The notes under the pieces: generated by a model | Seen by the model: only the letters and a program-made list of their open reading frames with translations | Databases searched by the model: none | Told to the model about the DNA's origin: nothing | Shown here: piece by piece, positions 11,994-21,385 of the stretch | Layout: the number at the start of each line of letters is the position of its first letter | How positions within the stretch are numbered: the stretch's first letter is position 1 | Assembly: GCA_965116495.1 (NCBI GenBank) | Contig: OZ220696.1 | Coordinates: forward strand, 3,328,001 to 3,392,000 | Source of the DNA: Gammaproteobacteria bacterium | Lineage (GTDB): Bacteria; Pseudomonadota; Gammaproteobacteria; Eutrophobiales; Eutrophobiaceae | Length of the DNA stretch: 64,000 nucleotides | Direction: 5' to 3' | Made by a program: the position numbers and the translations under genes

Positions 11994-13190
11994 ATGATTT
12001 ATCGAGACCTAACTCCGGAACTAACCAGAGCAGCATCCCGAGCGCCTGCAATAACACTCACCGGCCCACGTCAGAGCGGCAAGACTACGTTGTGCAGGGA
12101 ACTATTTCAAAATCATGCTTACCGAACGCTTGAAGCTCCGGATGAACGAGCGTTCGCGATGGAGGATCCCCGAGCATTTCTGGCACAATTCCCGGATGGC
12201 GCGGTGATCGACGAGATACAGCGCGTGCCCGAGTTACTCTCCTATCTGCAAGGTATCATCGACGATAATCCGGCGCCCGGACGCTGGATTCTCACCGGGT
12301 CGCAAAACTTCGCCCTGCTGGAATCGGTCAGCCAGTCATTGGCGGGACGAACCGAGGTACACCAGTTGCTGCCATTGACCTGGGACGAGATTATACGCTT
12401 TACCCGGCATCCCGAGCGTCTCGAAGAAGCCTTGTTCAGCGGCGGTTATCCACGTATATTCCATCAGGACCTAGAGCCATCGGCCTGGCTGCGATCCTAT
12501 GTCACCACTTATCTCGAACGGGATGTACGAACACTCAGTAACGTCGGCGACCTCGTGACATTTCAACGTTTTGTAGAATTATGCGCCGGCCGCACAGCAC
12601 AACTGCTCAATTATTCCTTCCTGGCCAACGACTGTGGTATCTCACAACCGAGTGCCAAGGCCTGGTTCAGCATTCTGGAAGCGAGTTTTATCGCCTTCCG
12701 ACTGCCCGCGTTTAATGCCAGGCTACGCAAACGTCTCGTTAAGATGCCGAAACTGTACTTCTACGACACTGGCCTTGCCTGCTGGCTGCTGGGAATCCGC
12801 GAACCGCAACAGCTCCGCTCACACCCCCTGCGCGGCGCCATCTTTGAGACCTGGGTGGTTACGGAAATCCTGAAAAACCGCACCAATCGGGGTGAAACCC
12901 GGGGTCTCTCATTCTACCGGGACAGCAACGGCGCTGAAGTCGATCTTATTATCGAACAACCGGATGGTCTGACGCTGTTCGAAGTCAAGTCCTCCGCAAC
13001 CCCATCGAAAAGGTTGTTTGACAGCGTCAAACGCGTTCGGCGGCATTTCCCTGATGCGCCTCAGCCTGATATGGCGGTTGTCTACGGCGGAGAGGAATTT
13101 CAACAGCGCGAAGACAGCCGGCTGATACCCTGGCGGATGCTGCGGACAGCAGCGCTACCTCATGCAGGCACCGCGTCCCCCAACATCTGA
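11994..13190 (+). CDS. AAA_14 ATPase + DUF4143 protein
   Basis: GPRQSGKT, IDEIQR, ILTGSQN, KMPKLYFYDTGL and FYRDSNGAEVD...FEVK. Confidence 0.9.
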   Translation: MIYRDLTPELTRAASRAPAITLTGPRQSGKTTLCRELFQNHAYRTLEAPDERAFAMEDPRAFLAQFPDGAVIDEIQRVPELLSYLQGIIDDNPAPGRWILTGSQNFALLESVSQSLAGRTEVHQLLPLTWDEIIRFTRHPERLEEALFSGGYPRIFHQDLEPSAWLRSYVTTYLERDVRTLSNVGDLVTFQRFVELCAGRTAQLLNYSFLANDCGISQPSAKAWFSILEASFIAFRLPAFNARLRKRLVKMPKLYFYDTGLACWLLGIREPQQLRSHPLRGAIFETWVVTEILKNRTNRGETRGLSFYRDSNGAEVDLIIEQPDGLTLFEVKSSATPSKRLFDSVKRVRRHFPDAPQPDMAVVYGGEEFQQREDSRLIPWRMLRTAALPHAGTASPNI

Positions 13191-13280
13191 GGCAGGCGTG
13201 TAATCACACGACATGAAGCCTCGTATCCTGTATGTTAATCATACCTTTCTCTTGTAGTTTGTGAAGCCGGAATATTCCAC

Positions 13281-13308
13281 TTGCAATTTTTTCCGTAAGC
13301 ACTATATT
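13281..13308 (+). promoter_or_regulatory. Putative sigma70 promoter of the leu leader
   Basis: TTGCAA-16 nt-TATATT, ending 6 nt before the leader ATG. Confidence 0.5.
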
Positions 13309-13314
13309 GAACGT

Positions 13315-13398
13315 ATGGATTTAAATTGTTTGCCATATTCTGTTTCAGCCAGCCTGTCGGCAGTCGCCTCCCTGCGTCTGCTCCTCCTGCCCTGCTAG
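13315..13398 (+). CDS. Leucine-rich leader peptide of leuA (27 aa)
   Basis: MDLNCLPYSVSASLSAVASLRLLLLPC*, with four consecutive Leu codons; hairpin CTGCCCT-GCT-AGGGCAG covers the stop. Confidence 0.7.
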   Translation: MDLNCLPYSVSASLSAVASLRLLLLPC

Positions 13399-13470
13399 GG
13401 CAGATACTTATACACACACAACTTTTCTCATTTTTACAGGCAAAATTTATCCTGATTCAGGAGCAGGACC

Positions 13471-15003
13471 ATGACAGACAAGTTAATCATCTTCGATACC
13501 ACCTTGCGTGACGGCGAGCAAAGTCCCGGCGCGTCCATGACCCGCGGCGAGAAAATGCGCATAGCCAGGGCACTGGAGAAACTGCGGGTGGACGTGATTG
13601 AGGCGGGCTTCCCGATTGCCAGCGGCGGGGATTTCGAGGCCGTCAGGTCCGTGGCGGAAATTATCACTGAGAGCTCTGTTTGCGGCCTGGCGCGTACCGG
13701 CTATGCGGACATCGACGCGGCGGCGGAGGCACTCAAGCCGGCGCGCTCGGCCCGTATCCATACGTTTATTGCCACTTCGCCCATCCACATGGAGCGCAAG
13801 TTGATGATGCAGCCGGATGAGGTGGTCGAAGCCGCGGTAAAAGCGGTGAAAAGGGCAAGAAAATATACCGATGACGTCGAATTTTCACCGGAGGACGCCG
13901 GACGTTCGGATCTCGATTTCCTGTGCCGGATCATCGAGGCGGTCATCGCCGCCGGCGCTACTACCGTCAACATCCCGGATACGGTGGGCTATAGCATCCC
14001 CACCCAGTTCGGGGAAGCCATAGGCAGTATCATCGAGCGGGTACCCAATTCCGACAAGGCGGTGTTTTCGGTACATTGCCACAACGACCTGGGCCTCGCC
14101 GTGGCCAATTCCCTGGCCGCGGTCATGCACGGCGCCAGGCAGGTGGAGTGCACCATCAACGGGCTGGGAGAGCGCGCGGGGAATGCCTCCCTGGAAGAGA
14201 TTGTCATGGCGGTGAAGACGCGCAAGGATTATTTCCCTTGCAGTACCGGACTGGATACGACCGAGATCGTGAACTGCTCGAAACTGGTGTCGAACGTGAC
14301 GGGTTTTCCGGTACAGCCGAACAAGGCCGTGGTCGGCGCCAACGCCTTTGCCCACGAAGCCGGCATTCACCAGGACGGCGTGATCAAGAGCCGGGAGACC
14401 TACGAGATCATGCGCGCCCAGGACGTCGGCTGGTCCACCAACCGCCTGGTCCTGGGTAAACATTCGGGCCGCAATGCCTTCCGCACCAGGTTAAAGGAAA
14501 TCGGGTTTGAATTCTCCAGTGAAAAAGAACTGAACAGCGCCTTTACCAGGTTCAAGGACCTGGCGGACAAGAAACATGAAATTTATGACGAGGACCTCCA
14601 GGCTATTGTCACGGATAACATGCAGAGTGAAGAGGAAAAAATCAGGCTGGTCTCACTCAGGGTGGTAACGGAAACGGGCGAGACGCCGCAGGCTGAGTTG
14701 ACCCTGTCTATTGACGGTGAGGAAACGCCGGGCATATCCCAGGGAGACGGTCCCGTCGATGCGGTTATCAAGGCTATAGAGAACCTGGTGTCCAGCGGCT
14801 GCGAATTACAGTTATTCTCGGTGAACAATATTACCGGGGGGACTGATTCACAGGGGGAGGTGACGATGCGCGTGAACAAGGACGGTCATGTCATAAACGG
14901 CCGGGGTTCGGATACGGACATCGTCGCGGCATCGGCAAAAGCGTATATCAACGCGATAAACCGGGCTTATTCCATCAGCCGCAAGATTCATCCCCAGGTA
15001 TGA
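13471..15003 (+). CDS. leuA: 2-isopropylmalate synthase
   Basis: [25 protein letters not shown] and a C-terminal regulatory domain. Confidence 0.97.
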   Translation: MTDKLIIFDTTLRDGEQSPGASMTRGEKMRIARALEKLRVDVIEAGFPIASGGDFEAVRSVAEIITESSVCGLARTGYADIDAAAEALKPARSARIHTFIATSPIHMERKLMMQPDEVVEAAVKAVKRARKYTDDVEFSPEDAGRSDLDFLCRIIEAVIAAGATTVNIPDTVGYSIPTQFGEAIGSIIERVPNSDKAVFSVHCHNDLGLAVANSLAAVMHGARQVECTINGLGERAGNASLEEIVMAVKTRKDYFPCSTGLDTTEIVNCSKLVSNVTGFPVQPNKAVVGANAFAHEAGIHQDGVIKSRETYEIMRAQDVGWSTNRLVLGKHSGRNAFRTRLKEIGFEFSSEKELNSAFTRFKDLADKKHEIYDEDLQAIVTDNMQSEEEKIRLVSLRVVTETGETPQAELTLSIDGEETPGISQGDGPVDAVIKAIENLVSSGCELQLFSVNNITGGTDSQGEVTMRVNKDGHVINGRGSDTDIVAASAKAYINAINRAYSISRKIHPQV

Positions 15004-15809
15004 GTTTGACACCCCGACAACATCATTACCTGCACGCCCTCGGTATTGAGTTGTACAGGGTTCGGGAGAGGGAGAGTCTAAAGGGGACAGACCCCCGCTT
15101 ACTACATGCGGGGGCAGGCTTGAAATCTGTCCCCGGTCACACACCGGATTTGAAATCTTCCCCCGCCCGTACATCGGAAACCGGCGAGATTGACGAGAAC
15201 CATTCCGTCAGGGCAGGTGAGATTGCCGTGCAGCAGGGAGACGGGGAGGCGCTGGACTGGGAGGCCTTGCAGCGAAAGGTAGCCGGGTGTCGCCTGTGTC
15301 AACTGCATGAAGGCAGGACGCAGACGGTGTTTGGAGTGGGTGACGTGAATGCGGACTGGATGCTGATCGGTGAAGCGCCGGGCGCCGAGGAGGACCGGCG
15401 CGGCGAACCCTTCGTCGGCAGGGCGGGCAAGTTACTGGATTCCATGCTTCGGACAGTCGGCCTGGCCCGGGAAAAAGTATTTATTGCCAACATCCTGAAG
15501 TGTCGCCCGCCCAATAATCGCGACCCCAGGCCCGAGGAAGTCCTGGCCTGCGAGAATTATCTCGCACAACAGATAAATACTATCAAACCCAGGCTGATCC
15601 TGGCCCTGGGCCGGGTCGCCGCGCAGAACCTGCTCAAGACTGAAACCCCCATCGGTAAAATGCGCGGCAAGCGCTACCACTACGGTGACCTCTCCGTTCC
15701 GGTCGTGGTAACATACCATCCGGCCTACTTGTTACGCTCGCCACGGGAGAAAAAGAAATCCTGGCAGGATTTGCAGTTGGCAATGACGGTATATAAAGAG
15801 CAATCATGA
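15000..15809 (+). CDS. Uracil-DNA glycosylase family 4 (Fe-S)
   Basis: CRLC, IGEAPG, KCRPP and TYHPAYLLR motifs. Confidence 0.92.
   Translation: MSLTPRQHHYLHALGIELYRVRERESLKGTDPRLLHAGAGLKSVPGHTPDLKSSPARTSETGEIDENHSVRAGEIAVQQGDGEALDWEALQRKVAGCRLCQLHEGRTQTVFGVGDVNADWMLIGEAPGAEEDRRGEPFVGRAGKLLDSMLRTVGLAREKVFIANILKCRPPNNRDPRPEEVLACENYLAQQINTIKPRLILALGRVAAQNLLKTETPIGKMRGKRYHYGDLSVPVVVTYHPAYLLRSPREKKKSWQDLQLAMTVYKEQS
15083..15163. repeat. Palindromic REP-like element (GGGGACAGA...TCTGTCCCC) carrying a nested hairpin element, in frame in the UDG gene
   Basis: GGGGACAGA[CCCCCGCTTACTACATGCGGGGGCAGGC]TTGAAATCTGTCCCC, followed by a degenerate copy GGATTTGAAATCTTCCCC. Confidence 0.75.
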
Positions 15810-16273
15810 GCGCAGCGCTGCATGATGCCCAACTGAATTTGCGGCCTATGGCGCTGACCGACCTGGGCGATATATTGCAGATTGAGTGTGCGGCGTATGC
15901 ATATCCATGGAGCAGGAACATCTTCAAGGGTTGTTTGCGGGATGACTATTGCTGCCGGATCCTGGAACTGGATGGAGAGATAGCCGGGTATGCGATCATG
16001 TCCATGGGCAGGGATGAGGCGCATCTCCTGAACTTGTGTGTGGACCCCGGACGGCACAGGATGGGTCTGGGGGATTGTCTGTTGAATTTCATGCTTGATT
16101 TTGCTCGAAACCACAAAGCCGAAACCACGTTTCTGGAGGTACGACCGTCCAACGAGGCGGCGCGGCGGTTTTATGAAAAACGCGGTTTTGTAGAAGTAGG
16201 CATGCATACGAATTATTATCCCGCCAGGTTCGGCCGGGAAGATGCCATCATCATGGCCCGGGAAACAGTCTAG
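15806..16273 (+). CDS. rimI: Ribosomal protein S18 alanine N-acetyltransferase
   Basis: AYPWS, EAHLLNLCV, LEVRPSN and GREDAIIM. Confidence 0.93.
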   Translation: MSAALHDAQLNLRPMALTDLGDILQIECAAYAYPWSRNIFKGCLRDDYCCRILELDGEIAGYAIMSMGRDEAHLLNLCVDPGRHRMGLGDCLLNFMLDFARNHKAETTFLEVRPSNEAARRFYEKRGFVEVGMHTNYYPARFGREDAIIMARETV

Positions 16274-16277
16274 GGCA

Positions 16278-17195
16278 ATGTCTGCGATAACCGCCAAAGA
16301 GGACAGGAATTACCCCAGTATCGATTCCAGCGTCGGCAATACCCCCCTGGTGCGGTTGCAACGCCTGCCCGGCAATACCAGCAATACCATCCTGGCAAAG
16401 ATGGAAGGGAACAACCCTGCGGGTTCGGTCAAGGACCGGCCCGCGTTGAGCATGATTCAACATGCTGAAGCACGCGGCGAGATCAGCCCGGGAGACGTGT
16501 TGATCGAGGCGACCAGCGGCAACACGGGTATCGCCCTGGCTATGGTGGCTGCCATTCGCGGCTACAGGATGATCCTGATCATGCCGGATAACCTGAGCGG
16601 TGAGCGGCGCCGTGCCATGCGGGCCTTCGGCGCCGAGTTGATACTGGTTACCAAGGAAGAAGGCATGGAGGGCGCCCGCGACCTGGCTGAGAAAATGGAA
16701 AGAGAAGGGAAGGGGAGGATACTGGACCAGTTCGCCAACCCGGATAACCCTTTGGCCCACTACGAAGGCACCGGCCCGGAAATCTGGCGGGACACACAGG
16801 GCAGCGTGACCCATTTTGTCAGCGCCATGGGCACGACAGGGACGATTATGGGGGTATCGAGATATTTAAAGGAAGTGAGTGACCAGGTGCAGATCGTCGG
16901 GGTACAACCGGCCGGCGATGAAAATATCCCCGGCATCCGGCGCTGGCCGAAGGAGTATCTGCCCAGGATCTTCCAGAAAGAACGGGTTGACAGGATAATT
17001 GACGTAACGCCGGCGGAGGCGGAAGACATGGCGCGGCGACTGGCGGATGAAGAGGGTATTTTCGCGGGTATATCCTCAGGCGGCGCGGTTTCCGCCGCAT
17101 TACGACTGTCAGGTGAAATAGAAAACGCCGTCATCGTCGTGATCATCTGCGACCGCGGCGACCGTTACCTCTCCTCAAACGTATTCCGCGATTGA
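16278..17195 (+). CDS. cysM: Cysteine synthase B
   Basis: EGNNPAGSVKDR (PLP Lys), IPGIRRWP and CDRGDRYLS. Confidence 0.95.
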   Translation: MSAITAKEDRNYPSIDSSVGNTPLVRLQRLPGNTSNTILAKMEGNNPAGSVKDRPALSMIQHAEARGEISPGDVLIEATSGNTGIALAMVAAIRGYRMILIMPDNLSGERRRAMRAFGAELILVTKEEGMEGARDLAEKMEREGKGRILDQFANPDNPLAHYEGTGPEIWRDTQGSVTHFVSAMGTTGTIMGVSRYLKEVSDQVQIVGVQPAGDENIPGIRRWPKEYLPRIFQKERVDRIIDVTPAEAEDMARRLADEEGIFAGISSGGAVSAALRLSGEIENAVIVVIICDRGDRYLSSNVFRD

Positions 17196-17240
17196 AATCA
17201 CCCCAACATGCCGGCGAAAGCTGTCGACATACTAGCGCCA

Positions 17241-17332
17241 ACACCGTCATATCGCCACCAACATCGTCATGTCGCCACCAACACCGTCATGTCGCCACCA
17301 ACACCGTCATACCGGCGCAAGCCGGTATCCAG
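17241..17332 (+). repeat. 20-bp tandem repeats (3.5 copies) running into a CGTC-type REP
   Basis: ACACCGTCATGTCGCCACCA-type units at 17241, 17261 and 17281, then ACACCGTCATACCGGCGCAAGCCGGTATCCAG. Confidence 0.85.
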
Positions 17333-17357
17333 TGAATAAACTACCTTCATCAGGACA

Positions 17358-18161
17358 ATGAATACCCTTGTATTTGATATAGAAACCATCCCGGACCTGC
17401 CAAGCGGCCGGCGCTTGTACAACCTGGATGGTCTCCTGGACAAAGACACCGCGGAAGTCATGTTCAAAAACCGCCGCCAGGAGACGGACAGCAATTCTGA
17501 TTTTCTGCGCCTGCACTTGCACCGGGTGGTGGCGATCTCGGTCGTGCTGGCAACCCGCGATAATGTCAGTGTCTGGTCGCTGGGGGCGGTGGATTCCGAC
17601 GAGGCGGAACTGGTACGGCGTTTTTTTGACGGTATCGAAAAATATACGCCCACGCTGGTTTCCTGGAACGGGCGCGGTTTTGATCTGCCCGTACTGCATT
17701 ACCGCTCACTGCTGCACGGTATCCAGGCGCCCAGGTACTGGGAGACCGGCGACGAGGATCAGGGTTTTCGCTGGAACAATTACATCAACCGCTTTCACCA
17801 GCGCCATACGGACTTGATGGACGTGCTGGCAGGTTATGAGTTTCGCGGCGCTGCGCCGTTGGATGAAATCGCTTCCATGCTGGGGTTCCCCGGTAAAATG
17901 GGGATGGCAGGAGACAAGGTATGGGATAGCTACCTGGCCGGTGATATCGAGGCAATCCGCAATTACTGTGAAACGGATGTCCTCAATACCTACCTCGTCT
18001 ACCTGCGCTACCTGCTTATCAGCGGGCGCCATTCGGAGCAGGGCTACCAGCAGGCATGCGATAGACTGAAACAGGTGCTGGCAGGCGAGGACAAACCGCA
18101 CCTGACGGCATTTCTTGAAGCATGGGAGGGGAGTGAGCAGGGACTAGGGATTAGAAAATAA
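17358..18161 (+). CDS. Predicted 3'-5' exonuclease (PolB exonuclease-like)
   Basis: VFDIET, WNGRGFDLP and YCETDV DEDD motifs; commonly found next to cysM. Confidence 0.88.
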   Translation: MNTLVFDIETIPDLPSGRRLYNLDGLLDKDTAEVMFKNRRQETDSNSDFLRLHLHRVVAISVVLATRDNVSVWSLGAVDSDEAELVRRFFDGIEKYTPTLVSWNGRGFDLPVLHYRSLLHGIQAPRYWETGDEDQGFRWNNYINRFHQRHTDLMDVLAGYEFRGAAPLDEIASMLGFPGKMGMAGDKVWDSYLAGDIEAIRNYCETDVLNTYLVYLRYLLISGRHSEQGYQQACDRLKQVLAGEDKPHLTAFLEAWEGSEQGLGIRK

Positions 18162-18183
18162 GGGTAAGGAGACAATACGAACT

Positions 18184-18233
18184 ATTCCCACCCCCGCCCA
18201 ACTCCATACGGGGACAAGCTTTCACGGGAATGG
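18184..18233. repeat. REP half with a nested hairpin element
   Basis: ATTCCCA[CCCCCGCCCAACTCCATACGGGGACAAGC]TTTCACGGGAATGG. Confidence 0.7.
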
Positions 18234-18267
18234 TATCTCCTTCCTGCCTCTAACCCCTGATTTTGAA

Positions 18268-19251
18268 TCAATAATGGGGGTTCTTTTCCCAGTCGTAACT
18301 GGTCCTGACGATAAACTCCAAATCATCGTAACGGGGCTGCCAGCCCAACGCTGCCCGGGTTGAACTGCCGTCCGCGACCAGTTGCGGCGGGTCGCCGGGC
18401 CTCCGGCCTGTCTCCACTACGGGTATGGGACGTCCGTGCACCTGTTCCACTGCCCGCACCACTTCGCGGACGCTGTAACCGTGACCATAGCCGCAATTCA
18501 GGGTGATGGAGTTTCCACCCGTTTCCAGGTGACGCAAAGCCAGGGTATGTGCGGCAGCCAGGTCACTCACGTGGATGTAGTCCCTGACGCCGGTGCCGTC
18601 GGCGGTAGGATAATCCGTGCCGTAGATATTCAACTGTTTGTGCTTGCCCAGGGCCGTTTCACAGGCAACCTTGATCAACAGGGTAGAAGCGGGTGTCGAC
18701 TGGCCGATACGTCCATCCGGATCGGCCCCGGCCACGTTGAAATAGCGCAGGGCTGCATAGCTCAATGGCGCCACCCCGGATAAATCCTCTAGCATAACCT
18801 CGGTCATGAGTTTGGACCTGCCATAAGGATTCACGGGGTCAGTGGGGCTTTCAAGGGTGACCAGACCCGATTCGGGTATGCCGTAAACCGCGGCAGTGGA
18901 GGAGAATATAAAGTGCCTGACGCCGCATTCCGCACAGGCTTCCATCAGGTTGCGGGACTTGACGGTATTGTTCTCGTAATACAGCAGCGGTTTTTCAACG
19001 GATTCCGGTACGGTGGTGGAGCCGGCGAGATGCATTACCGCGCCTATATCATGCTTATCCAGCAACGCTCTGACGAGACCCTTGTTGCCGACATCGCCCC
19101 GGACCAGTTCACAATCGGTAACCGCCTCGGCGAAGCCCCTGGACAGGTCGTCCAGTATGATAATCTCGTAACCCTCCTTGACCAGGTCCAGGGCAACGTG
19201 GCTGCCGATATAACCGGCGCCACCGGTCAGCAATACTGCTTTATCACCCAT
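18268..19251 (-). CDS. galE: UDP-glucose 4-epimerase
   Basis: TGGAGYIGSH, YGRSK, LRYFNVAGA and VRDYIHV; start taken at MGDKAV. Confidence 0.95.
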   Translation of the reverse strand: MGDKAVLLTGGAGYIGSHVALDLVKEGYEIIILDDLSRGFAEAVTDCELVRGDVGNKGLVRALLDKHDIGAVMHLAGSTTVPESVEKPLLYYENNTVKSRNLMEACAECGVRHFIFSSTAAVYGIPESGLVTLESPTDPVNPYGRSKLMTEVMLEDLSGVAPLSYAALRYFNVAGADPDGRIGQSTPASTLLIKVACETALGKHKQLNIYGTDYPTADGTGVRDYIHVSDLAAAHTLALRHLETGGNSITLNCGYGHGYSVREVVRAVEQVHGRPIPVVETGRRPGDPPQLVADGSSTRAALGWQPRYDDLEFIVRTSYDWEKNPHY

Positions 19252-19287
19252 GACAATCTCCCATGAAATAATACATCCTGAAACCAT

Positions 19288-19377
19288 CCATTCCTGCGGA
19301 AGCAGGAATCCAATGAAACAAAGAACTGCCTCCAGCAGCACGATACTGGACTGGATTCGGGGTCGAGCCCGGAATGG
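19288..19377. repeat. CGTC-like REP doublet
   Basis: CCATTCCTGCGGAAGCAGGAATCCA ... TGGATTCGGGGTCGAGCCCGGAATGG. Confidence 0.75.
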
Positions 19378-19389
19378 TGTAGTTTTCTT

Positions 19390-19935
19390 TCATTCGAACA
19401 AATTTACTTCACAACCTTCAGAGACGAGTTCAAACAACTCGATCACATCGCGGTTACGCATACGTATGCACCCTGCTGACCCGGGCTCTCCCATTTTCAC
19501 GTCGTCGGGTGCGCCGTGAATGTAAATGTAGCGGCTATAGGTATCCACCGACCCGCCCCGGTTGACTCCGGGTTCTTCTCCCTGCAACCAGATAATCCGG
19601 GTGAGTATCCAGTCACGTCCGGGGTATTGCCGGCGCAGCGCAGGACTGTATAGCTCGCCGGTAGGTTGCCTGCCGACAAATACCGTATCGGGCGCGCAGC
19701 CTGCGCCGATCATCTCAGCGATGCTGTGCCTGCCCCGGGGCGTACAACCGCTGTCAAGCTGTTCACCGATGCCGTTTTTCCCGGTTGACACGACGTATTC
19801 ACGGGTAACGCCGTCAGTCCCCTGCTTACCCCGTGCAGAGCCTGCCCCTGCGGTTGTAAGCAGGGGGGCAGGCCCATGCAGTTGCAGGACCTGCCGGGAC
19901 AAATTGACGTTAATCTTGATATCTTTATGCGGCAT
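19390..19935 (-). CDS. L,D-transpeptidase (YkuD family) with an 18-aa repeat-derived insertion
   Basis: VSTGKNG, TPRG and YIYIHG...SAGCIRM catalytic motif. Confidence 0.9.
   Translation of the reverse strand: MPHKDIKINVNLSRQVLQLHGPAPLLTTAGAGSARGKQGTDGVTREYVVSTGKNGIGEQLDSGCTPRGRHSIAEMIGAGCAPDTVFVGRQPTGELYSPALRRQYPGRDWILTRIIWLQGEEPGVNRGGSVDTYSRYIYIHGAPDDVKMGEPGSAGCIRMRNRDVIELFELVSEGCEVNLFE
19819..19872 (-). repeat. 54-bp in-frame insertion made of two nested hairpin elements
   Basis: Encodes PAPLLTTAGAGSARGKQG; removing it gives LQLHGTDGVTREY. Confidence 0.75.
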
Positions 19936-19947
19936 CGATTTTGTACC

Positions 19948-21270
19948 TTACTCAAACAAGGCGATGGATTCAACATGGGACGTGTGGGGAAACATATCCA
20001 TTACCCCTGCCGCATTCAGGCTTAACCCTCCCTGGTTTACCAGGATACCTGCATCACGGGCCAGGGTTGCAGGGTTGCAGGATACGTAGACCAGTTTATC
20101 CACCCGCTGCAAGTCCAGTTGTTCGAGAATCTCCCGGGCGCCGCTGCGCGGAGGGTCAAGCAGGACCTTGTTATAATCAAGTGCCGCCAACCGGGCACCG
20201 GCATCCTGTCCCGATAAGTCACACACCCTGAACTCAACATTGGACAAGCTGTTTTTCTCCGCATTCATCCTGGCGCGGCGTACCAGTTCCTGCGACGCTT
20301 CAACACCGGTTACGCAATTTGCATACCTTGCCATGGGCAGGGTGAAGTTGCCCAGGCCGCAGAACAGGTCAAGGACCGAATCGGCGCCGGACAAGTCCAG
20401 TAATGAGATAACCCGGTCAACCAGCAAGGGGTTAAGGTCAAAATTCACCTGGGTAAAATCAATGGGAAAAAATTCTATAGTGACGTTGTGCTTGTCGAGC
20501 CGGTAATGCAGGTTCTGTTCCACCTGGCCGGATAAGCTGTACACGCTGTCCAACCCGGCAGGCTGCAGGTAAAACCTGACCGGATGCATTTTCTCGTACC
20601 CGGACAGAACGGCTTTATCATCATCGGTCAATGGCGCCAGGTGCCGGATGACAATAGCGGCGACTGCATTACTTACCGCCACCTCCAACTGGGGAATCTG
20701 CCGGTAAACCGACAGACCCCGGATCAGTTCCTTCAGTTGCCCGATGGTTTTTCCGAGGAACGGATGCAGCACCTCGCAGGAATCGATATCGGCAATCAAA
20801 CGGCTGTTCTTTTCCCTGAAACCCACCAGCACTTTTTCCTTCCCGTCGACGTATTTCACGCCCATCCTGGCTTTACGCCGGTAGCCCCAGTGAGATGCTG
20901 ACAGGGGTGGGATAACCCGTTCGGGCGCCGCCCCGGCGATGTGTTGCAACTGTTCCAGTAAAACCGATTGTTTATGTAAAATCTGCTGAGCGTTGTCCAG
21001 GTGCATCAGGCTGCAACCGCCGCACATATCATAGTGCCGGCAGCGGGGTTCGGCCCGTAACGCCGATGGCTCGATCACTTCTACCGTGCGACCTTCATCG
21101 AATTGCCCGCGCCTGCGTGTATACACGAACCGGATTTGCTCACCCGGCAGGGCACCCTGTATGAATACTGTCTTGCCGTTGATACGGGCTATGCCCCGGC
21201 CCTCATGGGAGAGAGCTTCTACGGTGGCTGATATCGGTTCGGCAGGTGGTTTATTCCGCTGGCGGGGCAT
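19948..21270 (-). CDS. rlmD: 23S rRNA m5U1939 methyltransferase
   Basis: TRAM domain, C...CGGC Fe-S motif, LDLFCGLGNF, LDPPRSG, YVSCNP and DMFPHT. Confidence 0.95.
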   Translation of the reverse strand: MPRQRNKPPAEPISATVEALSHEGRGIARINGKTVFIQGALPGEQIRFVYTRRRGQFDEGRTVEVIEPSALRAEPRCRHYDMCGGCSLMHLDNAQQILHKQSVLLEQLQHIAGAAPERVIPPLSASHWGYRRKARMGVKYVDGKEKVLVGFREKNSRLIADIDSCEVLHPFLGKTIGQLKELIRGLSVYRQIPQLEVAVSNAVAAIVIRHLAPLTDDDKAVLSGYEKMHPVRFYLQPAGLDSVYSLSGQVEQNLHYRLDKHNVTIEFFPIDFTQVNFDLNPLLVDRVISLLDLSGADSVLDLFCGLGNFTLPMARYANCVTGVEASQELVRRARMNAEKNSLSNVEFRVCDLSGQDAGARLAALDYNKVLLDPPRSGAREILEQLDLQRVDKLVYVSCNPATLARDAGILVNQGGLSLNAAGVMDMFPHTSHVESIALFE

Positions 21271-21385
21271 TGGCGGATTATATCAGTCTTAACTGATGTC
21301 ACGAACAGTTGGATTTGCACTACGTGTATCATACACTTTGTAAAATTTCAGGAGGTCAAACCTGGTGTTACCGGGAAACGGGAAA

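Noticed and set aside
17241-17310. CRISPR array
   Set aside because: It is a 20-bp tandem repeat with no spacers.
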